Of a stretch of 43,941 nt of DNA, positions 1 to 11,881 are shown piece by piece; the stretch's first letter is position 1, and each line of letters opens with the position of its first letter. Source of the DNA: Basidioascus undulatus (Eukaryota); assembly GCA_000826855.1 (NCBI GenBank), contig JTLS01000360.1, positions 1 to 43,941 of the forward strand, given 5' to 3'. The notes under the pieces were generated by a model, which was not told the origin of the DNA, searched no databases, and worked only from the letters and a program-made list of their open reading frames with translations. The position numbers and the translations under genes are program-made.

Positions 1-3000
1 CGCCCCCAACGCCGACCCCGCTCCCGCCCTCGATGATCTGCACGTCGTCATCATCGTCCCCGTACCTGCCCCACGGGTTACCGCCGCCGTACCCGCCCCA
101 CTCGCCCGGCGGCGGCTGCGCCGGCGGCGGGTACGCGCCGTGCGTCGGTGCCGGCGGGTGCGGTGGCGGGTAGGCCGCCTGATATGGCTGATTTGGCTGT
201 GGCTGCTGCTGCGGCTGCGGCTGGGTACCGAACTGGCTCAGGAGTCCGCTGATCACGTTCAGCGAGATCCCCATATCCTCGAGGCTCGTCCGGGCAGCGG
301 CGGACCCGCCCGAGCCCGTGCCCGCGCCCGTGCCCGCAAGGATCGCGAGCGAGTTAGCGACCGAGTCGGCGCCGCCGTTCTGCAGCTGCTGCTGCTCGGG
401 CGGCGTCGCGCTGTGGCTGCGCACGGCGCTCGCGTCCGGCCCGAGCGTCATGTACCTAATGCCGGACTCGTCCGGCTCGGCGGGCAGCGCGGGCGGCTCG
501 GCGGGCGAGTCGGGGAGCATCGCGGCTGAGATGTACGTTGCCATGAGCGCCGTCGCTTCGCGCTGCTCTTGCATATGCTTCTCGGAGCTTTCAAAGCCGC
601 GTGGTCGGTCTGACTCGGCGGCCATCTCGACGGCTGTCGATTTCTATACTCAGAACCGCGACGTAGGGCAGGGGCTGGAAATCGTCGATACTCACGTTGA
701 GGCTCATACCAATCGACGAGCTCGTCGAGCTCTTGATCGGAGTGCTGTCTGAGCATCTGACCCTCGTCGATGTCGAGCTCCCTCGCCGTCAAGTGCGCCA
801 TCGGGTTCTGCCCGGTTCCCACCCTACATCAGCGCCCGTCGCCAACCCCGTATTAGCGCAGGCACAAACACACCTCCTCGCCTTCCTCATAGTAATCAAT
901 AACCTCGATCAACTTGATCCTCTCCAAGAGCTGCTTCTTGTCATCGGCCCAAACGACCGTCTTCTGCCCGCGCGCCGTCCGGTCCCGGATCTTCTCCTCG
1001 AGCGTCGGCTCGCGAACCCAGCCTTGCGTGGCGCCGGCGCCCTGTGCAGGCGGCGCGGACGGCGCGGGCGGCGCGGGCGACTGGTTCCGGTTCATGGTCG
1101 CGAGCGCGGCAGCGAAGGGGTCGTTGTTGGGCTTGGCGGACGTCGTTGGCGACGGGCCGCCGGCGCCTGGCGCGGGAGCGGACTTATTGAATGCCGGCAG
1201 CTTTGGCTTGGCGGGCGCGGAGAAGAACGCGGAGTTCGTCTTTGCCGCTGGGGCGGACGAGGTAGCGAGGCGGGATTTGGGGGCGGCCGCGCCTGAGAGC
1301 GTCGAGCGACCGCTTTGCTTCACACTGGAAGAGGAGGGTGCGGAGGGAGTGTCGACCTTGCGCTTCTTGCGAGCGTCTGAAGTCCGGCGATGTCAAATCA
1401 GCTTCCGGCATGAATAGTCTAGCGGAGGAATAAGCACGCACCGTCCGCCGTCGGAGGCGCATCGCGCTTCTTCCCGGGCGCCTCGTCCGAAGCGGAAGCC
1501 GACTCGGCGGCGCTCATGAGCTCGCGCCACTTCTTCTCGAGCTGAGAAAGGAGTCCCTGGACGATATGGTCTTTGGCGACTGTTTCCGTCGAGCGAGAGA
1601 AGAGGAAAGGAGAAGGGAAGGGGGGACAAGACGATTCAGCTCAGCTCGGGCAGCCAGAGAGAGAGAACGGATGCAGACCCACATTCGTCCGACTTTCGCG
1701 CGGCAATGATGTACCTGCCAAGCTTCGCGTCCTTGAGGTTGTCGATGTTGAACGGGATCTTGACCAAGAACTGCGAGCGCAACGGCACGCACACGCAGAC
1801 GAAAGAAAATATCAGTACAAACTCCTCATTACCACATCGAGGCAGCGTTCCGAACCTGCAACAGCGGGAGGAGCGTCTTCTTGAACTTCCTCGCGTCCTT
1901 GCCCGTGGCGTCCCTGATCCAAGAGCGGAGGATGGCGCGCCCTGCCGAGTTGCGCGCCCAGATCTTGGAGAACTCAGCGGAGCCGGTCCCGCCCGCCTTG
2001 TGTGCTCCGAGGACGAGGACGCGGTCGTCCACGTCGAGCTCGTACTCGTGCTCGTCGATCGCGGCGATCAGCGCGCGCGCGGCCTTCGCGCCGTCCTTGC
2101 GCACCGCGGCCGGGTCCACGTGCGGCCAAAGCTGCTCGATGAGCGGGACGTCTTTGCGCGTTGTGCGCGGACGTGGACGCCCGTGCGCGATGGGACCGGC
2201 GGAGTTCGATGGGGAGGCAGACCGAGCGGGAGGAGGGGAGGGCGCGGCGGAGGAGATGGCGGAGGAGGGCGCGGATGAGGGGACGGCGGCAGCGTTGACG
2301 GAGAGGAGCTCGGGCTTGATGAATGTTTGTGGAGGAACGGCGGTAGAGGCTTGTGGAGCGTTGGCAGCGTCGAGAGAGGTGAGGGCGGGGCTGGCGAAAG
2401 AAGAAAAAATCCCTTCAGCCTCCCCTTTCTTCCTCGCTTGTTTCGGCGATCGTGGGCACCAGACTGATAGAAATATAACGCACTCGATTTCCATGTGCAT
2501 GCCAGATTGTGCAGCGACGCTCAGCGCAGCTTGGAGGTCTGCCGGGGACGGGGTGGCCCTGCGCTGCGCAGCGACGGCCTGCAGCGCCAGGGGCATGTCC
2601 GACTCGGACTCGCTGGCCGATACGATGTCCATCGCGACTGGCGCAGGCAGAGGCGGCGCCTCGGGCGCGACGGTGGTGTTCATAGATTGTTGTTGTTGAG
2701 GGAAGGCGGGCGGGACAGTCGGGGATGGGGCGTGCATTTCGGGCGGCGTCGTTGAGGCTGGCGGGATGCTCGCAACGGCACCGGCGAAGCCTGCGTTGCG
2801 GGATCGCGCGTGTCAGTGTCAACGACCTCGGGAAACGTGTACATGTGAATGCAGTACATCAGAATTAACATGACCCCTCCAGGATCAAGATTGAGAAATA
2901 CTATGCGACAGAGGTCCACCGCATACAGCAGCCCGAGCGAGCGAGCGAGCGAGCGACAACAGCCTACGCCTCCCGCGCATGACCGTCGCAGGGGAATTTT

Positions 3001-3553
3001 GGGGCCGCGCCGCCTTGGGGCTCTCACACTTCACGCGTGTCAAATTGACGGGAGGGAATATGAATGTGCCACCATTTCGGGCACTTTTCAAGGACGTTTA
3101 CGACAGAATTTGGGAGGAGAAAGTGAGGGACCGAGAAAGAGGAGGAAAGCGGACCTAAGCGCAAAGTCTGGAGTTGGGCGACGTGGGCGAGCGTCGTCTG
3201 GGCGGGCTGGCGTTGAGGGATGGCGTACGCGCGCAGGCGGCGGCGGGCGAACGACGGGATGTCTTCGTTCGGCGCTGGCAGGTGCGTGTGGAACTCGCAC
3301 TTTCGGGGGGAGAAGAGAAACGGGAGCCCGTCAGTGTCGAGCCTGGGTGGTGCGATAGTGGTGGGCGTCTGGCGGTAGGTACCTGGAGAAAGGCGATAAA
3401 GTCTTGCTGGAGGAGGAGAGTCGGTATGTCGTAGTCTTGCTGCTGCTGCTGGTCGGGCTGCTGCTGCTGTGGCTGGGGCTGGCTGAATTGGTCGGCTGTG
3501 TTGTTGAAGAGGGGCGGGGTCGGTGGCGGCGTGATCGTAGACGGTACGGGCAT
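1..3553 (-). CDS. PPP1R10: PNUTS/Ppn1-like PP1 nuclear-targeting subunit (multi-exon; 3' end runs off the window; 5' exons uncertain)
   Basis: Spliced exons give a TFIIS-N-like helical region (ILRSWIRDA..LLPLLQ/LVKIPFNIDNLKDAKLGRYI...LEKKWRELM), an RVxF-type PP1-docking motif RGQKTVVWADD (~943-963) followed by LERIKLIE, and a PNUTS-like segment GFESSEKHMQEQREATALMATY..PDSPAEP. The ATG at 3553 and exons above 2790 are inferred from splice signals only. Confidence 0.75.
2934..2956 (+). repeat. (GAGC)n microsatellite in the long putative intron of the PNUTS-like gene
   Basis: cgagcgagcgagcgagcgagcga. Confidence 0.85.
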
Positions 3554-4239
3554 GTCCGAGTCCGGGTGCGGTACCCCTCCCTTCTTTGCGTTGCTCTCCC
3601 TGCAAGCGTCGCCCGTGCTCCCCGCCTCAACACCTGCTGCCACATGCGCGCGTTCCCGAAATCGCGGACTTACAAGCTTGTACCGGATGTGGAGGGTGTG
3701 CAGAGGACTAGCTAGCAACTGTGTGCTGTGAGTGCGGGTGTACGGGCGTGCTCTTTCGTTTGCAAGTGGGGCAGGGCGGGGTTGATGAAGTGTGTGGTCA
3801 AGAGCTTTGGTTGGCGGTCGGCCGCCCTTGGCTGCGCGCGACCGCCCCACTTTCGGTCGCGTTCTTTCGCGCTGCAACAATGAAGTATCACTCTCTCGCA
3901 TGAGCATACGAAGGCATACCCTATAGAATGTTTTAAAATGTTTCTTGTGTTGAACGTGAAAGTGGGGCATTTGGAAACCCCAATGTTACGCGACTATGAT
4001 ATCCCAGTGACGGCTGACAGATGTCTAACGCCGAAATGCAAGGAAAGAGTAGAAAACAATGATTGAAGGCTATAGAATGTTAGCGAAGGTCGGGCAAGGG
4101 TTGCTTGAAACTCTTCAAGGCTTGCGCTCCCGCCACGGATCTTTCTATTCCCCCATTCAAGTCTGCCTAGTGCCCGCGCCGCACGACTTGCCCTCGCAGT
4201 CCCCTACTATCGCAGCCCGCCCGCCTTCTACAATATACA

Positions 4240-5378
4240 ATGGCTTCCAACGGCGACGCGGCCGCCCAGGCCCAGATGGACGCTAAGAAGCTCGAGGTGC
4301 GCTGTCGTCCTCGTTGTCCTCCTCCTCTCCTGGCCCGTCGTCGTCGTTGCTCGCAGCGCCGCGGCTGTTGGCAGAGGCGCACAGCACCAGGCCGATGTTG
4401 GTCTTCCTTCCACGCGCTGCCCGCACCCCCTCTCCCCCCTCGCCGTTCCCTCCCCCCGCCACACACAAGTCTGCCATGCGATATCATCCTCCGAGCATGC
4501 TGACTTTTGTCCCTCACCGCCCCCCTCCCCCCGTTCCCAACACCAGATGATCTCCGCGCTCCAGACGGTGTCCATCGCGATGCGCAACGCGGCCAACATC
4601 TGCGACGCGTTCCTCACCCAGGCGGGCGCGTACCCGGGCACGATCGCCAACGTGCTCGGCACCAACAAGCGCGCGTCCGTCGGCGGCGTCCCCGGCAGCG
4701 CCGGGCCCGGCCGCAAGCCGCGCAAGGACAAGAAGATCAAGGACCCGAACGCACCCAAGCGCCCCGCCTCCGCGTACCTCCTCTTCCAGAACGACATGCG
4801 CGCCCGCATGAAGCAGGAGTTCCCTGAGGCCCACAACCACGAGATCGTCGCCAAAATTGGCGAGCGCTGGGCTCAGCTTAGTGAGCTGGAGAAGAAGGTG
4901 CGTTCTGTTCCCCGTCTTTCAACACTATCAAAACGCGTCCTCACTGACTTCTTTACCGTTGTCTTTCTCTTTCCCCTGCCTTCCCGTCCACTCCTCCCCT
5001 CGCTCCATTCCTATCCCGCATCACCACCTTCGTCCCCTCCCACAGGTCTACAACGACCGCTACAAGGCCGAGGTCGAGGTCTGGGAGGCCGCCAAGCAGT
5101 CGTACCAGGAGTCCGGTGCGGCAGAGGCATTCGCCGCTGCGCACGCGGGCGACAGCCCTCCGGCGCTCAAGAAGCAGCGCAAGAACGCCAAGGCGGATGC
5201 GACGACTGCGGCCGCGCTCGCGGCGGTCGCGAACCAGTACGCGCCGGGCACGTCCGCCATACCCGCCAGCCTCCCGCCCGCATCCTCTCCTTTCTCAAAT
5301 ACGCCCTCCGCTGTCACGGCATCCTCTACCACGTCTTGCCTCATTCCCTCGGTCGGCCGACCGCCGACACCGAGATGA
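4240..5378 (+). CDS. HMG-box chromatin protein (Hmo1/Nhp6-like), 3 exons
   Basis: Exons 4240-4296, 4547-4897 and 5046-5378 with GT-AG introns give KDPNAPKRPASAYLLFQNDMRARMKQEFPEAHNHEIVAKIGERWAQLSELEKK|VYNDRYKAEVEVWE, a canonical HMG box. The 3' end is uncertain. Confidence 0.9.
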
Positions 5379-6349
5379 CGCTGCAGTGTGTCGTCGCCCT
5401 CCCCGCTGAGGACCCGCGCCGTCCGCCGCTCAACACGTCTCTCACCTCGACACTCATGTCGCGCCTCCGCCCATGCGCGCGCTCCTCCTCCACCCCTGCC
5501 GTCCCGCGCGCCAACCCACTCGCAGCCAAGAGCGCGCCGCCGGACAGATCGCCTGGACCCAAGACGACGCGCGCGCTCATGTTCTACATCGGCGTCGTGA
5601 TCCCGCACGAGTCGCGCACGAGCAAGAAGAGCACGACGCGTTCGCGCCCGGCTTTCGAGCGCTCAACCTCCCGCCAGAATGCACGCTCGGCGTCGCGCGC
5701 AGCGAAACGAGCTAGCACGAGCTCGACGCAGACGGCTTCGACATCATCCCATGAGCATCCGTCGCCGTTCTCTACTCCGCTGATCCAGCCTGCCGAGCTG
5801 CAGCCACTTCCGGAGTCAGCGCCGTCATCCCCTCGCGTTGGTCGCCCACGGCGCGGCACGGGCACCCTCACCGTTTCCCCACCGCAGCGCATTACGGTCT
5901 ACGTCTCGGACGTGCGGGCGCTCGAAACAGTGCGCGAAGCGTTCTCGATTGGGGGGCCCCGCGGGCCTGATGCAGGAGTGAACCAGCAGGCGGGAGGAGG
6001 GGGTGCGACTGCCAGTGCGCCGGAAGACGAAGAGCGCGGTCGGCCGCGAGCGAGGTTCAGCGCGAAGGAGAAGGAGCGGGCGGACGCAGAGGCGGCCGCG
6101 ACCGCCTCTCCGAAGCGCAGCTCTGTCGTCGGCGGGTTCTTTGAGGCGATCGGGGTCTCCCTAGGGCTGGGCGGCAGGGGGGATGGAGGTGGCAGGAGCG
6201 GGAGCGCGACGTCGAAGTTGGCCGCGCAGGACGAGGAGGAGGACGTTCTATATCCTTCGAGGCTGTCCGCATCAGTGGCGTCGAGTGGGAGGAGGGCGTC
6301 GTCCACGCCACCGCCTAGCACGGTTAACCAATTGCGGAGCGAGGGTTGA
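5375..6349 (+). CDS. Hypothetical Ser/Arg/Pro-rich, probably disordered protein (~324 aa)
   Basis: Uninterrupted ORF from ATG 5375 (MTLQCVVALP...) to TGA 6349 with GC-rich coding-like composition that drops after the stop. No recognisable domain. Confidence 0.5.
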   Translation: MTLQCVVALPAEDPRRPPLNTSLTSTLMSRLRPCARSSSTPAVPRANPLAAKSAPPDRSPGPKTTRALMFYIGVVIPHESRTSKKSTTRSRPAFERSTSRQNARSASRAAKRASTSSTQTASTSSHEHPSPFSTPLIQPAELQPLPESAPSSPRVGRPRRGTGTLTVSPPQRITVYVSDVRALETVREAFSIGGPRGPDAGVNQQAGGGGATASAPEDEERGRPRARFSAKEKERADAEAAATASPKRSSVVGGFFEAIGVSLGLGGRGDGGGRSGSATSKLAAQDEEEDVLYPSRLSASVASSGRRASSTPPPSTVNQLRSEG

Positions 6350-7945
6350 GTGGTGTGGACTTCTGGGAGGGGCTGTTACGACACTTCTTTACGGACTTTC
6401 ACGACTTTTGCATTAAAGCATTGCATGTTGGCTTGTATCAACGGGTCTCGCGCTTGAATGAGAGATCCAGAGGCCAAAAAGATGCAGCGGCTAATTGTCC
6501 GCACCGTCGCAAAACCGACATATGAAAGGCTGGCAGTCAACGAAATTCGCAAGATGGGTATGTATGCTACTGGTCGTGGTACGGCTGCGCAACCTCGGCT
6601 TTGCCTTTGCTATTCTCACTGATATGGGGTCGAAGATGCTCTGCGCAGAGGGTGACATGCTAGTGTATGAGTCGCGAGGTGAAGGGGGAAGAGGGAAGGG
6701 AGCGTGAGGGGAAGATGAACAACGATTGACAGCGACGCGAACACCCAAGAGCCAGCGGATACTTTCCGCCGCTTCGGTGTCTTGCACAATTATTTTCTTT
6801 CGCTTTCCCCGGACTTTGGTATAGGCATGGGCGACTACAAATAGGTTTGGTTTACTATAAAAAGGTGTAGTAGTATTGGTTGAGAAGTGGGCCATGCCGA
6901 ATGGACTGTCATCGCGGAACGGACGTTGTGCTACCCTAAAATGACCTTTTCGGGTGTGAGTCCATTATCGTATGCTGTCTGAAAATACAAAAAAGCACTG
7001 CATTATAACTATGGGTAATACCTTCACAACCTACGCCGAAGACGGCACATGCATGCTCCACAAAAATCTCTTCCACAAGACTGTGGCTCTCTGAGGGATC
7101 GACACTCGTTCCTGACCATCTACCACATTGACCCCCGTTCTCCAGAATTATGTTACAACAGACCTATTAGCACTTATTCCCGGCTTGACTCCTCACCTTG
7201 GATCTGGCAGTAAAGCCCACGCTGACCGCGTGTCTCAACTCCACGAGCGCACCTACTCGGCAGTGTGCGCTTCAGCCTTTACGCCCAAAGATATACCGGA
7301 AGTGCTATTGTCCATAAGTATTTTGGAACCCTAGTGTAAGCAAGGTCAGCTCAAGGTGGACTGGTTGAACATACAACGCGTACGGCGGTCAAACGATGAG
7401 CGTCCTCCACGCATGCCAACCTGATGCCCTCTTTCTCTTGATTGCATTTATGCAGCCCTACCACCTCAAGCTGCTTATCTGTTTGATTGAAACCACGTAC
7501 TCCTTGCGCGTAGCACCAAATTCATCCATGGCCGCGTCAGTACCAGTCTTCGCCACACCAACAACTTTGACATTATGGGGGATGTAGATGAGTACAGGAG
7601 AAAGGGATACCTCTAAGTGCAACTTGTAGATATTTAGTCTCTCCCGTACAGTTTCTCTTGCCCTTGCCTGAGCGCAGATTAATACCGTCGTACTTTACGG
7701 CGCTGTGTGCGCTACCTGTCTGTTCGTAGGTTTTCGTTGGTGCACGTTTATATGCATCTCCGAAACATTTGGAAAACAATGAATGGTTCCCGGCCGTTTT
7801 GGATAGGGACATTGCATAAGGGTATTCCCCACGCATTGCACACTTATCTCATTTCACTGCGTTATAAAATGCAGCGCGTTTTTAGCAGCTCTATCTCAGC
7901 GGTCATGCTGCATCGCTCCTCATCATGGTGAGGAATGATGCTGTC

Positions 7946-8517
7946 GCAGATGAGAAGCAACATGTCAGTCGACAACGTAGCCGCTACCCCCTTCATCTTG
8001 CTGTCCGCATGGACGACAAGACCAGGCGAGGGGGCGGTCTGGATAGAGGATATGCCCAGAACGTGGATTCAGTTCGATCGAGACGCGTTCTACCTGCCTC
8101 CGCCGCCCGACAACCTCACCCGCCTCGTCTTGCGCAGCGCACGTCTGGGCGAGCCATGCTCAGTTCGTGTTGATCTCATAAGTCGCGCATACCTCGATGC
8201 TTCGGGGGGAAGGGACTCTCAGTTGCCCCGCATTGAGACTCTGTGCAACGAGCTTGAGCGAGCCATCGAAACAAGGGTGCTGGTGCGAGTCTGCGGCAAA
8301 CCTTGCAAGTCAGCGTGCCAGCGCTGCAAAGGCGCGACGTACTGCTCTGCCCAGCACCAGTGTGAGGGCTGGCTGAACCATAAGAAGGTGAATGCGAGCT
8401 TCCGTCCTGGCAAAGCCTCTGGCTTACCCAAACACCTCACAGTGTTGCAAGGAGAACCGCCTGCCGTCAAGAAGTGCGCCGGTGGTGCAGTTGGAGCAAG
8501 CTCAATGTAACGTATGA
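7946..8517 (+). pseudogene. MYND-type zinc-finger gene, 3' part, probably degenerate
   Basis: VCGKPCKSACQRCKGATYCSAQHQCEGWLNHKK, then a GT-AG intron and CCK, matches the MYND pattern (CxxC..YCS..HQ..W..HKxxC). The first Cys is missing in frame, and upstream sequence (~7.0-7.9 kb) gives no clean exons. Confidence 0.6.
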
Positions 8518-8803
8518 GCGCATGGTAAACAAAATGTCTGCATTGTGTGCAAGGAACGGAAATTATCAAGGACTGCGTGCACCGGTGTGAGGTTGGTTGC
8601 TTGGGTAGAAGCATTCCGCACTTACTCAGCTGTCGCTGTGCTTTCTGGTCAGCAAGTATACACGTAGGACAAGTTATCCATCTCCAACGCTATAGGCGAA
8701 GCGGACTCTTCGGACAGACTATCCAGCTCTCGAACAGCAGCAACCGCACGACCCAAATACTGAGACGGAAGAAAAACCGTCCATCCGTGTAGTCCGTCCG
8801 CGC

Positions 8804-8880
8804 CTACGCCCCCGCGCACGCCTTCTTCGGGCGCTCCCCAAAGATCCTCGTCCCGACGCGGACCCAGGCACTCCCCGGTC
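8804..8880 (-). CDS. PLPBP: C-terminal fragment of pyridoxal-phosphate homeostasis protein (PLPBP/YggS/PROSC family)
   Basis: GSAWVRVGTRIFGERPKK matches the family C-terminal motif GSxxVRxGxxIFGxR. The rest of the gene is absent and the NNN gap at 8968-8970 lies just upstream. Confidence 0.65.
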
Positions 8881-8967
8881 CGATGAGCCCCAGGCCCAGC
8901 CCCTTCCCTTTGACCAACCATCCCCAAATATACCTCTCCCTCCTCCCAACCCCCCACACCAACAATA

Positions 8968-8970
8968 NNN
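8968..8970. other. Assembly gap (NNN) with low-complexity flank
   Basis: Literal nnn in the sequence, with unrelated gene fragments on each side. Confidence 0.95.
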
Positions 8971-10013
8971 TACCACGCTTGTCCCAACACACACCGAATC
9001 CCGCAGCGAGCTTGCGAGCGGAGCGGTGAGGTCGTCGACCGCGACGAGCAGGCGCGCACGCTGCAGCGGCGGCAGACCGGCGAGGGTAACAGCCAGGACG
9101 CCTGCAGGAGACAGGTCAGCGCGAAACGGCGGGCTGAACGGGTGTGGGAATACGTACTCGCAAGCTCTTCGTAGCCGCTCTTGATACCCTTGAGAACCTC
9201 AACGACCTGCGTCGACAGGGCACCCTCGTCGCCGAGCTTGCCGACGAGGTCCTGCCAGACGACGCTGAACGAGTGCGCCGCATCGCGCGCCTTCTCCTCG
9301 GGGTTCTCGTCCTGCGACGGCTCCTCGTACCCGGCGAAGCTGCCAACGAAGCTCTTGCGCGGCTTAGCAGGCTTGACGTTCGGGTGTGCGAACGACCCCC
9401 CGCGGCTACTCGCATTGGAGGAGGCCGCGAAGACGGAGCTGCGCCTGCGCACGCGCTCGCCCGCGGGCGTCATCCCGCCCACGCTGGTGCGGGGCTCGGC
9501 CGCGATGGGCGGGGACGGGTGGTGTGCGGTGTACGCGCGCGGGCGGGAGGAGAAGCTACTGCGCGGGAGGCTCGACGCGCTGATGGGCCCCGCGGGGGAG
9601 GTCGACGAAGGCGGCTGGCCACCCTGGCTGACGTTCACGCTCCCGCGGCGGCTGCGGGGTGTGCCGAGCGGGGGGGCGTACTTGGAGAGCCCAGGGGAGG
9701 GGAACGCGGACGCCGAGCCGGAGCGGCTGATGGGCGTCAGAGGCTGGAGGAGCGCCGCGAGCCGCCCAGTGTTGAAGGATGGGCGGGAGGGCGCTGCTGT
9801 GCCGGCGCCGAAGGACGACCTGCGCGAGCTCGCTGTAGATCCGGAGAAGGATTGCTGTGGGCATCCAGAGCATTCTCGTCAGAATACCGATGAAAAAGCC
9901 ATGGCGGGTGCCCAAGGTGTGTGCGGCCTTTGCAGTCCCCAACCGCTCCACATGACCTGCAGTGGCCCGATAACGAAAGGGAGACTCACATGTCTAGACC
10001 TCGGCTGCGCCAT
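8971..10013 (-). CDS. Hypothetical Ser/Arg-rich protein with a helical segment; 3' end lost at the gap
   Basis: MAQPRSRH (10013-9990), GTGAGT intron, long exon QSFSGSTASSRRSSF...VWQDLVGKLGDEGALSTQVVEVLKGIKSGYEELA, GTACGT..CTGAC..CAG intron, then VLAVTLAGLPPLQRARLLVAVDDL. Splice phases are consistent. Confidence 0.65.
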
Positions 10014-11881
10014 GGCGAGGATGGATCCTGTGTGCTGTTCTATGGGCGGGCACCTCTACGTCGTTGGGAATGGGGAGGATGCGGGTGTTGGCGCTGAGGT
10101 CGTGCGTTTTCGTTGGCCGGGTGATGGAGAGCTGCAGGAGGAGTGCATGATGGAGAGCTCGGCATGATGCCAGGAGCGCGGAGCAGACGTCATAGCTGAG
10201 CAGATAGTGTAGTTGTACTAGCTCGCTGCATGCAGCGACTTTCACTGCCAGGAATCGTTGCGAATATTCGACGAAAACCTGCGTCAATAATGACCGTCTT
10301 TTGTCCTTACTCTTTTCCATAGCTTGTCAGGAAGGTGCACCTACGCATGTCGGAGTGGGGCAACGCAGTTCTTACAGCTTACAACTTGCGCGGTCCCTAT
10401 GCCTGTCATACCAACTGGCTCTCCCCAACTGTCCCTCAGTCTCTTTCACGGTCAGAATGTTTCTGTAAGCTTGAAAAGAGCTTTCTGATTTGAAAGCCTT
10501 CAAATATTCCCGTTGATCAAGAAGCATGAAGTCTTCTCACAAAGGAAGGACTGCGGCAGCCCGCCAACCCCCAGGGCAGGAGTGGAAGAAGGCACGTACG
10601 GCCTTGGTTTATCTAAGCTGCACAAGCGTTTGTTTAGAGCAGAGATCATTAAGAGTGGTACTTTCATACAATCTGGCCACAAAGTAATCTGTGACGTTCC
10701 AAGTGGGGGGTCGCACCGGCGAGAAGCAGGGCTGCCAATTGTCCGAGTCTGGCAGACTCGGATCCCAGAGGGCATGAGGCAGAAAGCGCACTCATCATGA
10801 GAGACGTAGGCACATTAACCCCTAATAGACCCTGTGTGTTTGGCTTGGTGCTGGTGAATAACAGGAATCGTTAAGTCAGCACTGGTAGCCGGCACCGGTC
10901 ACCACGCGCCATTACGGGTTACCGTCTGGGCGTCGGCGGGAAGCTCATTCATACTTTGTGAGGGTACTCGGGTTCCCCTTCGTCTTATGACCTGCATGGG
11001 AATCCTCGGAAAGCGCAAAATTGTGGGAGCGAGGGGTATCGGGACTATACCGCAACGAGGGCACCCCGTCCTCCTCGGAAGCGGGCCTGTGAAGACCGCA
11101 CTGTTCTGAACTGAATAGGTCACCAGCTTTGGGACACAAGACTTCTTGAATGTTTCTGCCCCCAGAGCCTATTGGTGTGGAATTCCAACGTCATCTCAAG
11201 CTTGACAATGCTGGAGCAAGATCTTGATGGTTCAGAACTTCGGCGAATTCTGCTTGCGCCGCAACGAGTCGACTGCCGGTTTAGTCTTCTTTGACTTGCT
11301 CAAGACTGTCTCTCGCCGAGCATTAGCTCAAAACATTCAAAAGAATCTATAACATGTTGTAATGCTTTTCTTTTTGTAAGACTAAGAGGTGACAAGATTG
11401 CATGGGAATGTGAACGAGGACACCGGGCATGCGGATGCGCTACATACAGCAACGTCGGATCAAACACCGACCTGGTTTTCTGTGCCGTGAACCCAGCCTA
11501 AGAAATTCTGGATAGTTCAAGAGCCCTTTGATCCGGCAATCAGGGCTATCATGGCGGGCAGAAACCCCATAAAGCACACGGTCCAAGGGCGTGCTACGCG
11601 CAATGCGAGTGTGATGCGGTCCGCTTGATGGTGGGCCTTCTCATTTTATTTCATTCGACCCGGAATACTCAGAGAAATACCCTATGTTATTCCCAAGCCC
11701 AACCCACGAGCACTGCATTAATGGCACACCGCAGTCCGGTAAGGAAACAGAAGCTTTGCATTCAGCAGTTCACGACCAAACGTAACCAACGAAACCCACT
11801 CGATTCCCCTCCCCAACATCAAGAAGTCCCAACTTGGCCAGCCAGGTTCCTCACCATTCTCCTACTTCCCCAGTCGACCGC

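Noticed and set aside
140..2699. Long + strand ORFs (697-1296, 1706-2278, 1881-2699 etc.)
   Set aside because: Antisense shadows of the GC-rich PNUTS-like exons, with no motifs.
9144..10167. + strand ORFs of 249 and 328 aa
   Set aside because: Antisense to the spliced - strand gene, whose splice signals support the other strand.
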